Assembly (NCBI GenBank): GCA_963727625.1
Contig: CAVSHR010000012.1
Span: 1 to 64,000, forward strand
DNA: 64,000 nt
Direction: 5' to 3'
DNA from: an uncultured delta proteobacterium
Lineage (GTDB): Bacteria > Desulfobacterota > Binatia > UBA9968
Notes under the pieces: generated by a model
Database searches by the model: none
Seen by the model: the letters and a program-made list of their open reading frames with translations, nothing else
What the model was told of the DNA's origin: nothing
Shown: one piece after another, positions 12,681 through 23,179 of the stretch
How positions within the stretch are numbered: the stretch's first letter is position 1
Layout of the letters: the number at the start of each line of letters is the position of its first letter
Position numbers and translations under genes: made by a program

Positions 12681-13817
12681 TTACAGCACGACGAGATCAT
12701 CGCGATGGATGATCTCGTCGTAGGCCTTATATCCCAAGGCATTTTCAATCTTGCTTGTATGCAATCCTTTGATCTGATTCAACTCCTGTGCGCTGTAGTT
12801 CACCAGTCCGCGGGCGAACTCGCGGCCCTGCAAATCGAGGCAGCGCACGCACTCGCCGACGCCGAAGCTACCGCGCACTTCCTTCAATCCGGAAGGAAGC
12901 AAACTTCGGCCCTTTTGCACCAACGCTTCATGCGCCCCCGCATCGACGATGACATCACCGGCCGGCTTCAAATTGAAGGCGATCCAGTGTTTGCGGTGAC
13001 TCAGACGATTTTGATCGGGCAATATCAAGGTGCCGACCTGGTCCTGACTATCAAAAACCCTCGCCAAGGCGGCGCTGCTAAGACCGCTGGTGATGATCGT
13101 TGGAATGCCGGCCACGGCAGCTTCTTCGCCGGCGGCGATTTTGGTCGCGATTCCGCCGGTGCCGAAAATGCTCTGGCTCGTGCCGAGGAGATTGGTTTTG
13201 ATCTTTTTCACGTCCTCGATCAGCGGAATCAGGTTGGCGTCCTGATACAACCGCGGGTCGCGATCGTAAACCCCTTCCACATCGCTCAGGATCACCAACA
13301 AATCAGCGCCCAATAGCGTCGCCACCAGCGCAGACAGATGATCGTTGTCACCGAATTTCATCTCTTCGACGGCGACGGTGTCGTTTTCATTGACGATCGG
13401 CACGATCGAAGATTTTAGCAGCATCTGGAAGGTGTGCTTGGCGTTGATATATCGCTGGCGATTGGCAAGGTCCGCGTGAGTCAACAATAGCTGCGCTACG
13501 CTCTTGTCGTATTTTGCAAAATAACGCTCGTAAAGCGCCATCAACTTGATCTGGCCGACGGCGGCAAGCGCCTGTTTTTCAGGAATCGTTCTGGGCCGAT
13601 GTTTGCGTCCTAACCGCGTCATGCCGGCTGCCACCGCGCCGGAGCTGACTACGACGAGCTCTTTTTTTTGATCGTGCAGGCCGGCCAGCTCGCGCACCAA
13701 TTCGCGCACGCGCGCCTCTTCGATCCCATCGCTCGAGGATAGAATCTGGCTGCCGATTTTGACCACCACGCGGCGCACCCGACGCAAGATGTTTCGTTTA
13801 TGCTCCAGCGACGTCAC
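12681..13817 (-). CDS. proB: Glutamate 5-kinase with PUA domain
   Basis: [23 protein letters not shown]...[30 protein letters not shown]. Confidence 0.97.
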   Translation of the reverse strand: MTSLEHKRNILRRVRRVVVKIGSQILSSSDGIEEARVRELVRELAGLHDQKKELVVVSSGAVAAGMTRLGRKHRPRTIPEKQALAAVGQIKLMALYERYFAKYDKSVAQLLLTHADLANRQRYINAKHTFQMLLKSSIVPIVNENDTVAVEEMKFGDNDHLSALVATLLGADLLVILSDVEGVYDRDPRLYQDANLIPLIEDVKKIKTNLLGTSQSIFGTGGIATKIAAGEEAAVAGIPTIITSGLSSAALARVFDSQDQVGTLILPDQNRLSHRKHWIAFNLKPAGDVIVDAGAHEALVQKGRSLLPSGLKEVRGSFGVGECVRCLDLQGREFARGLVNYSAQELNQIKGLHTSKIENALGYKAYDEIIHRDDLVVL

Positions 13818-14838
13818 GGATCGCCTCGGCTTCGTGTTTTAGTTCTTCCAGTCTGCGCCCGACCGCCAATACCAACGCGCGAACCCCTTCGGTGGTCGCA
13901 CCCGAGATGACCTGCAAGGGGCGATACTCCCGCGGCAGCTTCTTGGCCAACAGTTTCGCTTTCGCACGTCCCTCCGGCAGGTCAATTTTATTGGCCACGA
14001 TGATCTGCGGTTTCCCTGCGAGTTCAGGATCGAACAGCGCGAGCTCACGGTTGATCGTGCGCCAATCCCGCAACGGGTCGTTTTCATCGATCTGCGCGGC
14101 GTCGATCAGATGAATCAGCAGGTTCGTGCGCATCACGTGACGGAGAAATTTGTCGCCGAGCCCTTGCCCTCGATGGGCGCCCTCGATCAGACCGGGAATA
14201 TCCGCGACGACGTAGCTTTTACCTTCGCCGTAGCCCACGACACCCAGGTTGGGAACCAAGGTCGTAAAGGGATAGTCCGCGATCTTCGGTCGCACCGCGG
14301 AAATCGTCGCGATCAAGGTCGATTTGCCGGCGTTGGGCAGACCGATGATGCCGACATCCGCCAGCAGGCGAAGCTCAACCTCGAGTTCCCGCTCCTCTCC
14401 CGCTTCGCCCGGTTGAGCATAGCGCGGGCTTCGGTTGGTCGACGAGGTAAAATGGGCGTTCCCTTTACCGCCGCGTCCACCCGCCGCGACAATCACTCGC
14501 TCGCCGGCCTCTTTCAGATCGGCGAGAATCTCGCCGCTTTCATGATCTCGAATGATCGTGCCGACTGGGACTCTAACAATCTGGTCTTCGCCGCGCCGGC
14601 CGTGGCAGTCGCTGCTCATGCCGTTGCCGCCGCGTCTGCCCTTGACCAATTTCTGATAGCGCAGATCGAGCAGCGTGGTCAGCTGAGAATCGGCTTCAGC
14701 AACGACGTTGCCCCCGGCTCCGCCGTTGCCGCCATCCGGCGGGCCGCGACGAACGAACTTCTCCCGGCGAAAGCTGACACAGCCCCTCCCGCCGTCGCCG
14801 GCGATAACATGAATCTTGGTTTCGTCGATGAATTTCAT
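13798..14838 (-). CDS. obgE: GTPase ObgE/CgtA
   Basis: MKFIDE...GDGGRGCVSFRREK, GLPNAGKST, YPFTTLVPNLG, DIPGLIEGA, NKID. Confidence 0.97.
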   Translation of the reverse strand: MKFIDETKIHVIAGDGGRGCVSFRREKFVRRGPPDGGNGGAGGNVVAEADSQLTTLLDLRYQKLVKGRRGGNGMSSDCHGRRGEDQIVRVPVGTIIRDHESGEILADLKEAGERVIVAAGGRGGKGNAHFTSSTNRSPRYAQPGEAGEERELEVELRLLADVGIIGLPNAGKSTLIATISAVRPKIADYPFTTLVPNLGVVGYGEGKSYVVADIPGLIEGAHRGQGLGDKFLRHVMRTNLLIHLIDAAQIDENDPLRDWRTINRELALFDPELAGKPQIIVANKIDLPEGRAKAKLLAKKLPREYRPLQVISGATTEGVRALVLAVGRRLEELKHEAEAIRDVAGA

Positions 14839-14971
14839 GAGCGAACTGATTCTAATTTTGTAGGTCAGAGGTGAACGATTCGCGGCAAGCTTCTCTCGGC
14901 ATCGTTGCCTCCCAAATTTCGCCCTTTGCCATTTTACTTCTGTCTTTTTCCATCATCGCCTTCCGCCGAAC

Positions 14972-14998
14972 AAAAAAAAAGCCCCGAAAGGGGCTTTT
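14972..14998 (-). terminator. Rho-independent terminator after rpmA (possibly bidirectional)
   Basis: A9-GCCCC-GAAA-GGGGC-TTTT on +, giving a hairpin plus T9 on the minus strand. Confidence 0.85.
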
Positions 14999-15017
14999 CC
15001 ATTGCGAGCACTCAACC

Positions 15018-15275
15018 CTATTGGGCCGGCAGTATGGTGACGCGTTTCCGTTCTTTGTCCTTGCGTTCGTAGCGTACCACCCCGTCGATCAACGCAAACA
15101 AGGTGTAGTCCCGCCCCATGCCGACATTTTTACCCGGGTGGATTTTTGTGCCGAGCTGGCGCACGAGAATGTTTCCGGCGCGCACGGTCTCGCCGCCGAA
15201 AATTTTCACTCCGCGCCTCTGTCCTTGACTATCGCGCCCGTTGCGGGAGCTGCCGCCCGCCTTTTTGTGTGCCAT
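15018..15275 (-). CDS. rpmA: 50S ribosomal protein L27
   Basis: [16 protein letters not shown]...[27 protein letters not shown]. Confidence 0.98.
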   Translation of the reverse strand: MAHKKAGGSSRNGRDSQGQRRGVKIFGGETVRAGNILVRQLGTKIHPGKNVGMGRDYTLFALIDGVVRYERKDKERKRVTILPAQ

Positions 15276-15290
15276 GACTTACTCCCCAAC

Positions 15291-15605
15291 CTAAGCTTCG
15301 ATTGCGGTGATCTTAAGAGTCGTTTGATACTGCCGGTGACCCCGCTGCCGGCTGTAGCTTTTTCTTCTTTTCTTCTTGAAAACAATGACCTTCTTCGCCC
15401 GACCCTGGCCGACGATTTCACCGGTCACTTTAGCGTTCGCCACCAACGGCGCCCCGATCTTTACCTCGTCGTTGCCACCGACAAATAAGACATCCGGCAA
15501 GGTTACCTTCTCGCCAACTTCACCCGCCAGCTTTTCGATCTTGACGAGGTCACCCTCGGAGACGCGGTATTGCTTTCCGCCCGTTCTAATTACTGCATAT
15601 TTCAT
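15291..15605 (-). CDS. rplU: 50S ribosomal protein L21
   Basis: [15 protein letters not shown]...KKKRRKSY...GHRQ. Confidence 0.98.
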   Translation of the reverse strand: MKYAVIRTGGKQYRVSEGDLVKIEKLAGEVGEKVTLPDVLFVGGNDEVKIGAPLVANAKVTGEIVGQGRAKKVIVFKKKRRKSYSRQRGHRQYQTTLKITAIEA

Positions 15606-15625
15606 GGCTTTTTCCTGAAGCAAAC

Positions 15626-15654
15626 TTTGTAATGGAAAATATCGATAAAGTCAA
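15626..15654 (-). promoter_or_regulatory. sigma70-like promoter of rplU
   Basis: TTGACT-N17-TACAAA on the minus strand, 20 bp before the ATG. Confidence 0.5.
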
Positions 15655-15858
15655 CTTTAAGCCGTATAGCAGAACTTTTGGGACACTCACGCGCTGGCCG
15701 CGACACCAACCGTTGGGAGCCATACACGACTCAGCTATGACGGACGGCGCCGAGCGATTCACCGCTGACAACGAGATGATAGGAGCGTCAATCCGTCCCG
15801 ACAAAATGGCCAAAGTTTGATTTCTTGACAGGGTTGACAGACTTAAGCCTTATCATAT

Positions 15859-15890
15859 ATATCGTACCTCGATATTATCGCAGAACGATA
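15859..15890. promoter_or_regulatory. Tandem TATCG-N5-CGATA palindromes, candidate MarR operator
   Basis: ATATCG-tacct-CGATAT then TATCG-cagaa-CGATA, between TTGACA (15834) and the MarR ATG (15896). Confidence 0.65.
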
Positions 15891-15895
15891 GATAT

Positions 15896-16396
15896 ATGGC
15901 AGACGATCCCGTGCGCCCAAACTACCCAGCGATGGCGGAACTCCGCCATCAAATTCGGCGCTTCCTCCGCTTCAGCGAAAATGCCGCGCGTCAAGCCGAC
16001 ATCGAACCCCAACAATGTCAGCTTCTCATGGCGATCAAAGGTTTGCCGACCAGCACCAAGCCTAATATTCGTATTCTTGCCGAGCGGATGCAGCTCCAGC
16101 ATCACAGCACCGTTGAGCTGGTCGACCGGCTGGCCGAGCGTGGCCTTCTCTTTCACTTACGCGCCGCCGACGACCGCAGACAGGTATGGGTGAGGCTCAC
16201 CCACGAAGGCGAAGAGTTTCTGGAAAAACTCGCGCGACACCATCTCCAGGAGTGGCAATCCGCGGAACCGAGGTTCGTGAAGCTGGTCCAAGCGGTGATC
16301 GAGAGCGCCGAGGAGTCGGCGTCAACCATTGAGAATTCCAAGGAGAGCGAAACAGAGGCGTTATCTATACAACGAAAGGACCGTAGCCATGGCTGA
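15896..16396 (+). CDS. MarR-family transcriptional regulator
   Basis: QQCQLLMAIKG...IRILAERMQLQHHSTVELVDRLAERGL...DDRRQVWVRLT..G. Confidence 0.9.
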   Translation: MADDPVRPNYPAMAELRHQIRRFLRFSENAARQADIEPQQCQLLMAIKGLPTSTKPNIRILAERMQLQHHSTVELVDRLAERGLLFHLRAADDRRQVWVRLTHEGEEFLEKLARHHLQEWQSAEPRFVKLVQAVIESAEESASTIENSKESETEALSIQRKDRSHG

Positions 16397-17240
16397 GCGA
16401 GGAAATGCCGCCGAAGAGGTTTTATTAGACGTCAGGGTCGCCGAGGCCTCGAGGTTATATAAATTTTATCTCAACCAGGAAAAGAAAGTTCTCGGCTTCA
16501 TCGCCGTGACTATCTTTCTGACGATCTGGGAACTAGTCGGCAACGTTTTTCAACTGATCAATCCCATGTTCATGAGCGCTCCATCCCTCATAGCCAACGC
16601 GGCGATCGAACTCTTTAGATCCGGTGAAATCTGGAACGATCTAAGGGTCAGCAGCATCGAGCTGTTCTGGGGCTACCTGTTGTCGGTGGTATTCGCGATC
16701 CCCTTCGGCATCATGGTCGGTTGGTATAAACGGGTGAGCTACATTTTCGACCCGTTTATCAACGCTATGAACGCGACGCCGCGCGTCGCCCTTTTGCCGC
16801 TCGTGATCATCTGGCTCGGCATCGGCATCCTGTCGAAAGTCGGTATCATCTTTTTGGGTGCGGTGTTTCCGATGTTGATCAATACCCGCGACGGCGTAAA
16901 AACCACACCGGCCAACTTGCTCACCGCAGCGCGCAGTTTTGGCGCTTCCGAATGGCAGATCTTCAAGTCCGTCGTCTTGCCGTCCACCGTGCCGTTCATC
17001 CTCACCGGCCTTAGACTAGGCGTCGGTCGTGCGCTGGTCAGCGTCATGGTTGGCGAGCTTTATGCCGCCACTGCGGGCATCGGATTCATGATCACGGTCG
17101 CAGGCGCGACCTTTCAGACCGACAAGGTTTTTGTCGGCGTCTTAATCTTTGCGCTCAGCGGAATGTTTCTCATGGAAGCGCTCAGCAACGTCGAGCGGCG
17201 CTTCGACAAATGGCGGCCAAACGTCGGCGCGCAAGATTAA
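16389..17240 (+). CDS. ABC transporter permease (SsuC/TauC/NitT type)
   Basis: TPRVALLPLVIIWLGIG, AARSFGASEWQIFKSVVLP (EAA loop), GLRLG...VGEL. Confidence 0.92.
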   Translation: MAERGNAAEEVLLDVRVAEASRLYKFYLNQEKKVLGFIAVTIFLTIWELVGNVFQLINPMFMSAPSLIANAAIELFRSGEIWNDLRVSSIELFWGYLLSVVFAIPFGIMVGWYKRVSYIFDPFINAMNATPRVALLPLVIIWLGIGILSKVGIIFLGAVFPMLINTRDGVKTTPANLLTAARSFGASEWQIFKSVVLPSTVPFILTGLRLGVGRALVSVMVGELYAATAGIGFMITVAGATFQTDKVFVGVLIFALSGMFLMEALSNVERRFDKWRPNVGAQD

Positions 17241-17274
17241 TCTATTTCCCACTGGCATCCTCGTCTCTCCGATG

Positions 17275-17308
17275 ACACACGGGCCTGCTCATGAGCAGGC
17301 CCGTGTGT
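17275..17308. repeat. Perfect 34-bp palindrome
   Basis: ACACACGGGCCTGCTCA|TGAGCAGGCCCGTGTGT is its own reverse complement. Confidence 0.9.
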
Positions 17309-17428
17309 GGTTTACCTCTCATCATTTTCACCGGTCGGTTTTTCTGTCCGCCCGCTTGTTGACAACCGCCCTTGCCCTTAACAATTCTTCTGCTTAGATT
17401 GGAAGAATCGAAGGGAGCCTACCTATTC

Positions 17429-18028
17429 ATGCTGTCGCGTAACTCACAAACAAACATATTCGCCGGCCTGTTATTGGCTACAGCGCTCGTATTCTCCGGC
17501 TGCGGCTACAACAAACTTCAAGGTCTGGACGAGGAGGTCAAAGGCGCTTGGGCTGAAGTACAGAATCAATACCAACGGCGCGCCGATCTGGTGCCCAACT
17601 TGGTAGCCACGGTGAAGGGCGCAGCCGATTTCGAGCAGGAAACGTTGCAAAAGGTGATCGCGGCGCGCGCCGCCGCCACGTCCGTGAAGCTCGACGCCAA
17701 CGCCTTGAATAATCCGGAAACCTTCAAAAAGTTCGAACAGGCCCAGAGCCAGCTCTCGAGTGCACTGTCGCGTCTCCTGGTGGTCGTCGAAAGGTATCCC
17801 GAGCTCAAGGCCAACCAGAATTTTCAGACCCTCCAAGCGCAGCTCGAAGGCACCGAAAATCGCATCGCGGTCGCGCGCAAGCGTTACATCGAGCGGGTTG
17901 CCGAGTACAACAAAGGCGTGCGCTTTTTCCCGACCAACCTGACGGCCAAATGGTTGCTGGGTCTCGAAGTGCGCCAGACTTTCAGCGCCGACGAAGCCGC
18001 GCAAAAACCGCCGGCGGTGAAATTCTAA
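17429..18028 (+). CDS. lemA: LemA family protein (lipoprotein-type)
   Basis: FSGCGYN lipobox, WAEVQNQYQRRADLVPNLV, VERYPELKANQNF..LQAQLEGTENRIAVARKRY. Confidence 0.93.
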   Translation: MLSRNSQTNIFAGLLLATALVFSGCGYNKLQGLDEEVKGAWAEVQNQYQRRADLVPNLVATVKGAADFEQETLQKVIAARAAATSVKLDANALNNPETFKKFEQAQSQLSSALSRLLVVVERYPELKANQNFQTLQAQLEGTENRIAVARKRYIERVAEYNKGVRFFPTNLTAKWLLGLEVRQTFSADEAAQKPPAVKF

Positions 18029-18087
18029 GGTTAAACTTACCTAGCCGATTGCTTTGGCCCAGCTCTCAAACATCGAGGACGATCGCT

Positions 18088-18852
18088 ATGATTGAGAAAC
18101 TGCATCGTCCTTTTTTCGCGAGCATCGTCATTTTGCTTCTCACCGCAGCGATGGCCGCGGCGCTCGAAGTGCCGGCGCTGCGCGGACGCGTCAACGACTA
18201 CGCCCGTGTGATGACGTCGGATCAAGCGAGCGGATTGGAATCTCAACTCGCTCAGTTCGAGCAGGAGACCGGTCATCAAGTTGCGGTTCTCACCATTCCG
18301 ACGCTAGGCGGTGAAGACCTTGAAGGCTTTAGTATCCGCGTCGCGGAAAACTGGAAAATCGGCAGGAAGGGATTCGATAACGGCGTCATTCTCGTCGTCG
18401 CGATCCAAGACCGAAAGCTGCGGCTGGAAGTCGGCTACGGCCTCGAAGGAGTGCTACCGGATGCGATTGCCAAGCGCATCATCAGCGATTACATCGTGCC
18501 ACGGTTCCGCTCCCAGGACTACGGCGGCGGCATCATCGCCGGTGTCGACGCGGTACTCAAAGTTATCAAAAATGAACCGTTGCCCGCATCAGCACGCAGG
18601 CAAAATCGGCGTCAGGGACCTGATTTAAATTTCATCGCCATGCTTGTCGTGACCTTCGGCGTGCTCGGCTTGATGGGTTTTGCGTCAATCGCGAACCGCC
18701 GTCGCAACAGCCTGTGGGCCGGCCGTGGCCGGCGCCACCCGCCGATTTTTTGGGGCGGCGGCGGCTTTGGCGGCGGTGGTTTTTCCGGTGGCGGTGGTTT
18801 CAGCGGAGGCGGGGGCAGCTTCGGCGGCGGAGGCGCTTCCGGCAGTTGGTAA
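18088..18852 (+). CDS. TPM-domain (YgcG-like) protein with Gly-rich tail
   Basis: RVNDYA, WKIGRKGFDNGVIL, RLEVGYGLEGVLPD, FSGGGGSFGGGGASGSW. Confidence 0.93.
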   Translation: MIEKLHRPFFASIVILLLTAAMAAALEVPALRGRVNDYARVMTSDQASGLESQLAQFEQETGHQVAVLTIPTLGGEDLEGFSIRVAENWKIGRKGFDNGVILVVAIQDRKLRLEVGYGLEGVLPDAIAKRIISDYIVPRFRSQDYGGGIIAGVDAVLKVIKNEPLPASARRQNRRQGPDLNFIAMLVVTFGVLGLMGFASIANRRRNSLWAGRGRRHPPIFWGGGGFGGGGFSGGGGFSGGGGSFGGGGASGSW

Positions 18853-18853
18853 C

Positions 18854-19483
18854 ATGATCGCAGAGAATTTTTTTAGCGCAGATGAAAAAGAGCGCATTCG
18901 CCAGGCCGTCATCGAAGCCGAGTCCAAGACGGCGGGGGAAATCGTGCCGATGGTCGTTACTTCAACGGCGCGTTACGCGGAGGTTGAGCTTCTCGGCATG
19001 ATTATCGGGCTTTTCGTCGGAATGATCGCGGAATGGTTTTGGAGCGATCCCTGGGCCTCGGCGTACGTCAATCTTTGGCCGGTTGTCGGTGCGTTCTTCG
19101 GCTTTCTTCTTTGCCGGCTCACCGCAGTCAAGCGGATCATCGCGCCGAACAGCCGGATTGCCCAAGCGGTCCACAGCCTCGCGCTCGCCGAGTTCACCGA
19201 GCAGGGCCTGCACTACACCCGAGATCACACGGGAATTCTGATCCTCGTTTCACTGCTCGAACATCGCGTCGAAGTGCTCGCCGACCGCGGCATTAATGAG
19301 AAAGTCGAAACGGCCACCTGGGAGGAAATTGTCAACATGATCACCCGGGGCTTGAAGACCCATCATGCCTGCGACGCTTTCTGCGCCGCCATCGAACGCT
19401 GCGGCACGATCCTTGCCGAGCACTTTCCGCGCCAGGCCGACGATATTGACGAGCTCGCCAACCGCCTGGTCACCAAGGAGTAA
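18854..19483 (+). CDS. TPM-domain membrane protein (lemA operon)
   Basis: EAESKTAGEIVP...TRDHTGILILVSLLEHRVEVLADRGI...HFP...DELANRL. Confidence 0.88.
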   Translation: MIAENFFSADEKERIRQAVIEAESKTAGEIVPMVVTSTARYAEVELLGMIIGLFVGMIAEWFWSDPWASAYVNLWPVVGAFFGFLLCRLTAVKRIIAPNSRIAQAVHSLALAEFTEQGLHYTRDHTGILILVSLLEHRVEVLADRGINEKVETATWEEIVNMITRGLKTHHACDAFCAAIERCGTILAEHFPRQADDIDELANRLVTKE

Positions 19484-19583
19484 CATTTTCTATCGGCAAG
19501 GGCTCAAAGGCCTCGAACTCTTCAGTTTCGTCGGAAGAGTGAAACACGGCGATACCCACCTGTAATCACTTCAAGAAACCTCA

Positions 19584-19609
19584 TGGATCCCGGCGTTCGC
19601 CGGAATGAC
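19584..19609. repeat. REP-like element
   Basis: Reverse complement GTCATTCCGGCGAACGCCGGGATCCA: GTCA tetramer plus short hairpin, between convergent genes. Confidence 0.5.
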
Positions 19610-19810
19610 GATAACGACTGATCGAGGCTTGGTTGAACAGCAGCAGCGTACGCCGGAGGACAAAATCGGGCTCCCGGATAATTTTCCGATGCGTCTTTCG
19701 TGCTCTCTGTGTGGAATTACATCAAGGGCGACGAGCCGGTCACCCCTAAACACGCAAGGCAGTTTTGGTCGTAAAAACTCCAGACGCTACACTCTCGACC
19801 CGAGACTTTC

Positions 19811-21868
19811 TTATTTTCTCACCAGTCGCACATCCACCGCCGCCACACCGTGACCTTGCGCCCTTACCATGATCGGGTTGATCTCCATGTCGGAGAGATG
19901 ATTGCGGTGGGCGGCAAAGAGGTCAGCCAGGCCAACCATCGCTTTCACCAGCGCGTCAATGTCGCGCGGCCCCTGGCCGCGCACGCCTTCCAGGACTTTA
20001 TAGCCGCGCAGCTCTTTGAGCATGGCGCGCGCTTCGCGCTCGTCGACCGGCAGGAGGCGTATCGACACGTCTTTCAAGACTTCTACGAAGATACCGCCAA
20101 GGCCGACCATCAGGAACGGTCCATACTGCGGGTCGGTGCGCGCGCCGATCAGCACTTCGGTGCCCTGCACCATCTCCTGAATCAAGAGATGACCCCTGCC
20201 CAATGTTTTGGTGAGAAGCTTCTGCGCTTCGGCTTGCACTTCGTCCACGCTCTTTAAGCCGAGTACCACGGCGCCGGATTCCGTCTTGTGCACGACCTCG
20301 GCCGCGATCAATTTCACCGCCACCGGGAAACCGATTTCTTTTGCCTTTGCCGCCGCATCCGCAGCGGTCCCGGCCATCGCCTGTTTCGGCAGGCCGATGC
20401 CATGGCGTTGTAGCAGCGCATTTAAATTCTCGCCTTCGAGATCCGCCGCATTGCCCGAGGCGGCGCTAAGTTTGGGCACACCGAGCTGTCTGCGCTCGCC
20501 GTACTGGCCTAGACCAGCCAACGCCCGCAGCGTCGGCTTGATCGCTTGTAAGAAAGGCAATCCTGCTTGCTCTTGAAAAGCGCGGCTTTCGTCGGTGCAG
20601 CTGTAAGTCGACCGGGCAAACGCGAGCACCGGCTTGTCCGTTGCTTCGGTCATGCTCTTGAACAGCCCGGCGTTTCTTTGCTGCCCGCGCGGCAGCTCGC
20701 CGTGAATGGCGAGCAAATCAACGCCCGGATCCTCGGCGTGCAGCTTGACGATGTTGATAAAACCCGCCTCGTCGCCGAAGCCGGCGACGCCGCATTCCAG
20801 CGGATTTTCCACCGCCAATTCCGCAGGAATCAGCGGACGCACGGCTTCTTTAGTCTTGTCGCTAAGCCGCGCGAGATTGGTTTTGAGCTCGTCGCAGTGA
20901 TCGCAGATAAGCCCCTTCATGCCGCCGGAGTTGACCACGATCGCCGCCCGGCTGCCTTTCGGAAATCGTCCCGGCAGGAAGGCGAGCGTGGTTTCGGTTA
21001 AATCCTCAAGCGTCGGACAGCGAATCAAACCCAAGCGATTGCAGACCGCGTCGAACACTTCATCCGCGCCGGCGAGCGAGCCGGTATGCGAGATCGCTTG
21101 TCGCTTGCCCATCTCCGAGCGGCCGAGCTTGACCACGAGAATCGGCTTGCCTTTGTTGAGCGCCTGCTCGGCGACGGCCATGAATTCGTCAGGGCGGCGG
21201 ATGCCCTCAACCATCAACGTGATCACTTGGGTCTCGGGATCGTCGACCAAGAAAGACAGATAATCGACCAGGTCGAGGCTCACTTCGTTGCCGCTGGAAA
21301 CTGCGTAAGTGAATCCAATGCCGCGCTCGGTGGCGCCCTTGATCCAGTTGCCCAGAGAACCGCCGCTCTGAAAGATCAGTCCCACGGGTCCTTTCTTTAA
21401 TAATGGCGTTGCGGTAGGGAACGTCCACAATCCCTCGCCGACGGAATACGAGCCCATGCAGTTCGGCCCGCAAATCACCATGGCTGTGCGCTCGCAGAGA
21501 TCTTGCATCGCCAGCGCGCGCTCTTTGCCCTTTTGATCGTCGCCTTCACCGAAGCCGGCGGTATAAATCGTCGCAGCCTTCGTGCCGAGCGTCGCCGCTT
21601 CTTCCAAAACACCCAGCACCGCTCGCGTGGGAATGAGAATAAGCAGCTCATCCGGTACTTCCGGCAGAGCCGCGAGATTCGGATAGCACTTATCGCCGTA
21701 GAGTTCCTGGTAGTTCGGATTGATGAGATACACGCCGCCGGAAAATTTTGCGCCTTTCAGATTGCGGTAAATGCCTTGGGGCCACGCGCCTTTTTGCGAT
21801 GCGCCGATGATCGCCACCGATTTTGCACGCAATAAATTTTCTACCGGCTTAGGAGTAAAACTAGCCAT
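19811..21868 (-). CDS. ADP-forming acyl/acetate-CoA ligase (CoA-binding + ATP-grasp fusion)
   Basis: SVAIIGAS, GPNCMG, QSGG, SSGNE, AISHTGSLAG (phospho-His), GFPVAVK...HKTESG, LSDMEINP. Confidence 0.92.
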   Translation of the reverse strand: MASFTPKPVENLLRAKSVAIIGASQKGAWPQGIYRNLKGAKFSGGVYLINPNYQELYGDKCYPNLAALPEVPDELLILIPTRAVLGVLEEAATLGTKAATIYTAGFGEGDDQKGKERALAMQDLCERTAMVICGPNCMGSYSVGEGLWTFPTATPLLKKGPVGLIFQSGGSLGNWIKGATERGIGFTYAVSSGNEVSLDLVDYLSFLVDDPETQVITLMVEGIRRPDEFMAVAEQALNKGKPILVVKLGRSEMGKRQAISHTGSLAGADEVFDAVCNRLGLIRCPTLEDLTETTLAFLPGRFPKGSRAAIVVNSGGMKGLICDHCDELKTNLARLSDKTKEAVRPLIPAELAVENPLECGVAGFGDEAGFINIVKLHAEDPGVDLLAIHGELPRGQQRNAGLFKSMTEATDKPVLAFARSTYSCTDESRAFQEQAGLPFLQAIKPTLRALAGLGQYGERRQLGVPKLSAASGNAADLEGENLNALLQRHGIGLPKQAMAGTAADAAAKAKEIGFPVAVKLIAAEVVHKTESGAVVLGLKSVDEVQAEAQKLLTKTLGRGHLLIQEMVQGTEVLIGARTDPQYGPFLMVGLGGIFVEVLKDVSIRLLPVDEREARAMLKELRGYKVLEGVRGQGPRDIDALVKAMVGLADLFAAHRNHLSDMEINPIMVRAQGHGVAAVDVRLVRK

Positions 21869-21937
21869 GTGATTTCCTTCTATTTTGGGATGGGTTTCCT
21901 ATCGCATAGACCGTGCGGGACTTCAAGGCGGGAAGAA

Positions 21938-22030
21938 GCTATCAGTCGTCAGTTCTCAGTTGTCAGAATGAGCCCTACGGTCAAAATGATATTTTTCCGA
22001 CAACCCATTGCTGAAAATTGGAAAAATGAC
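21938..22030. repeat. Intergenic heptamer tandem repeat with degenerate inverted copy
   Basis: gctatca|gtcgtca|gttctca|gttgtca ... ctgaaaa|ttggaaa|aatgac. Confidence 0.65.
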
Positions 22031-22031
22031 C

Positions 22032-23105
22032 TTACGGAAACACACGCCAACGATGTGTCGGCAGTTCCACCGCCGCTTGCCCGCCCACGCTGAGATCGCA
22101 ATCTCCGGCGAGCTTGGCCAGAAGCGTGACGCCGTTGACGTCAACTTCGAGCAAAGCGGAGTCGCCGAGATAATTTTTCGCAACGATCTTGCCCACGGCG
22201 GTCGTCTCCGACTGGCCGTTCGGCTGGGTTAGGTTCACGTGCTCCGGACGAATCGCCAAAGTCACCGGTGCACCGGCATTGACGCCGTTGGGCACCGGCG
22301 CGCTGATCAACCCCAGGGTCGACTCGACCTGCCCGGCGCCGGTCACCTTGCCTTTGACGAAATTCATCTCACCGACGAACTGGGCGACGAAAAGATTCGC
22401 CGGTCGGACGTAGATGTCGTTTGGCGCAGCGATTTGGAGAATCTCACCGGCGTTCATCACGCAGACGCGATCGCCGAGGCTCAAGGCTTCGGCCTGATCA
22501 TGGGTCACGTACAGCGTAGTCACGCCGATCGACTTGGTAATTTTCCGGAGCTCGACGCGCATCTGCTCCCGCAGTCTCGCGTCCAAGTTGCTCAGCGGTT
22601 CGTCCATGAGCAGAATCTTTGGCTCGGTCACCATGGCGCGGGCCATCGCCACGCGCTGCTGCTGGCCGCCGCTCAGGTCCGTGGCAGGGCGGTCTTCCAG
22701 GCCGTCAAGCTGAACGCGCTCGAGCGCCCGGCGCACCTTGCCCGCCACGTCCGCCTTGGAAAAACGCTTCTGTCCCTGGGTCAACGGAAAGGCGACATTG
22801 GAAAATACATTCATGTGCGGCCAGATGGCATAGGATTGAAAGACCATGCCCAGATCGCGCCGCTCGGTCGGAACATAAATCCGGCGCGCCGGTGAATTCA
22901 CCACTTGCCCGGCGATTTCAATCTCACCGCCGTCCGGTTTTTCCAACCCGGCCACGCAGCGCAGCGTCGTGGTCTTGCCGCAACCGCTCGGGCCGAGCAG
23001 CACACAGAATTCACCTTCGGCGACATCGAGGTCGATGGCGCGCAGCGCGTCGACGCGGCCTTGTTGCGCTTTAAAGGATTTTTGTAACTTGCGAATGCTG
23101 ATCAA
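22032..23105 (-). CDS. ABC transporter ATP-binding protein (FbpC/PotA type, TOBE domain)
   Basis: [35 protein letters not shown]. Confidence 0.95.
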   Translation of the reverse strand: MISIRKLQKSFKAQQGRVDALRAIDLDVAEGEFCVLLGPSGCGKTTTLRCVAGLEKPDGGEIEIAGQVVNSPARRIYVPTERRDLGMVFQSYAIWPHMNVFSNVAFPLTQGQKRFSKADVAGKVRRALERVQLDGLEDRPATDLSGGQQQRVAMARAMVTEPKILLMDEPLSNLDARLREQMRVELRKITKSIGVTTLYVTHDQAEALSLGDRVCVMNAGEILQIAAPNDIYVRPANLFVAQFVGEMNFVKGKVTGAGQVESTLGLISAPVPNGVNAGAPVTLAIRPEHVNLTQPNGQSETTAVGKIVAKNYLGDSALLEVDVNGVTLLAKLAGDCDLSVGGQAAVELPTHRWRVFP

Positions 23106-23127
23106 ACTTCGAATCCTCTTAGAGCCG

Positions 23128-23176
23128 TGGAGCGCAGGAGTATTTCCCCATTACTCCACTACTCCGATACTCCATC
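23128..23176. repeat. Intergenic octamer tandem repeat with inverted copy
   Basis: tggagcgc|aggagtat ... tactccac|tactccga|tactccat. Confidence 0.7.
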
Positions 23177-23179
23177 TTT

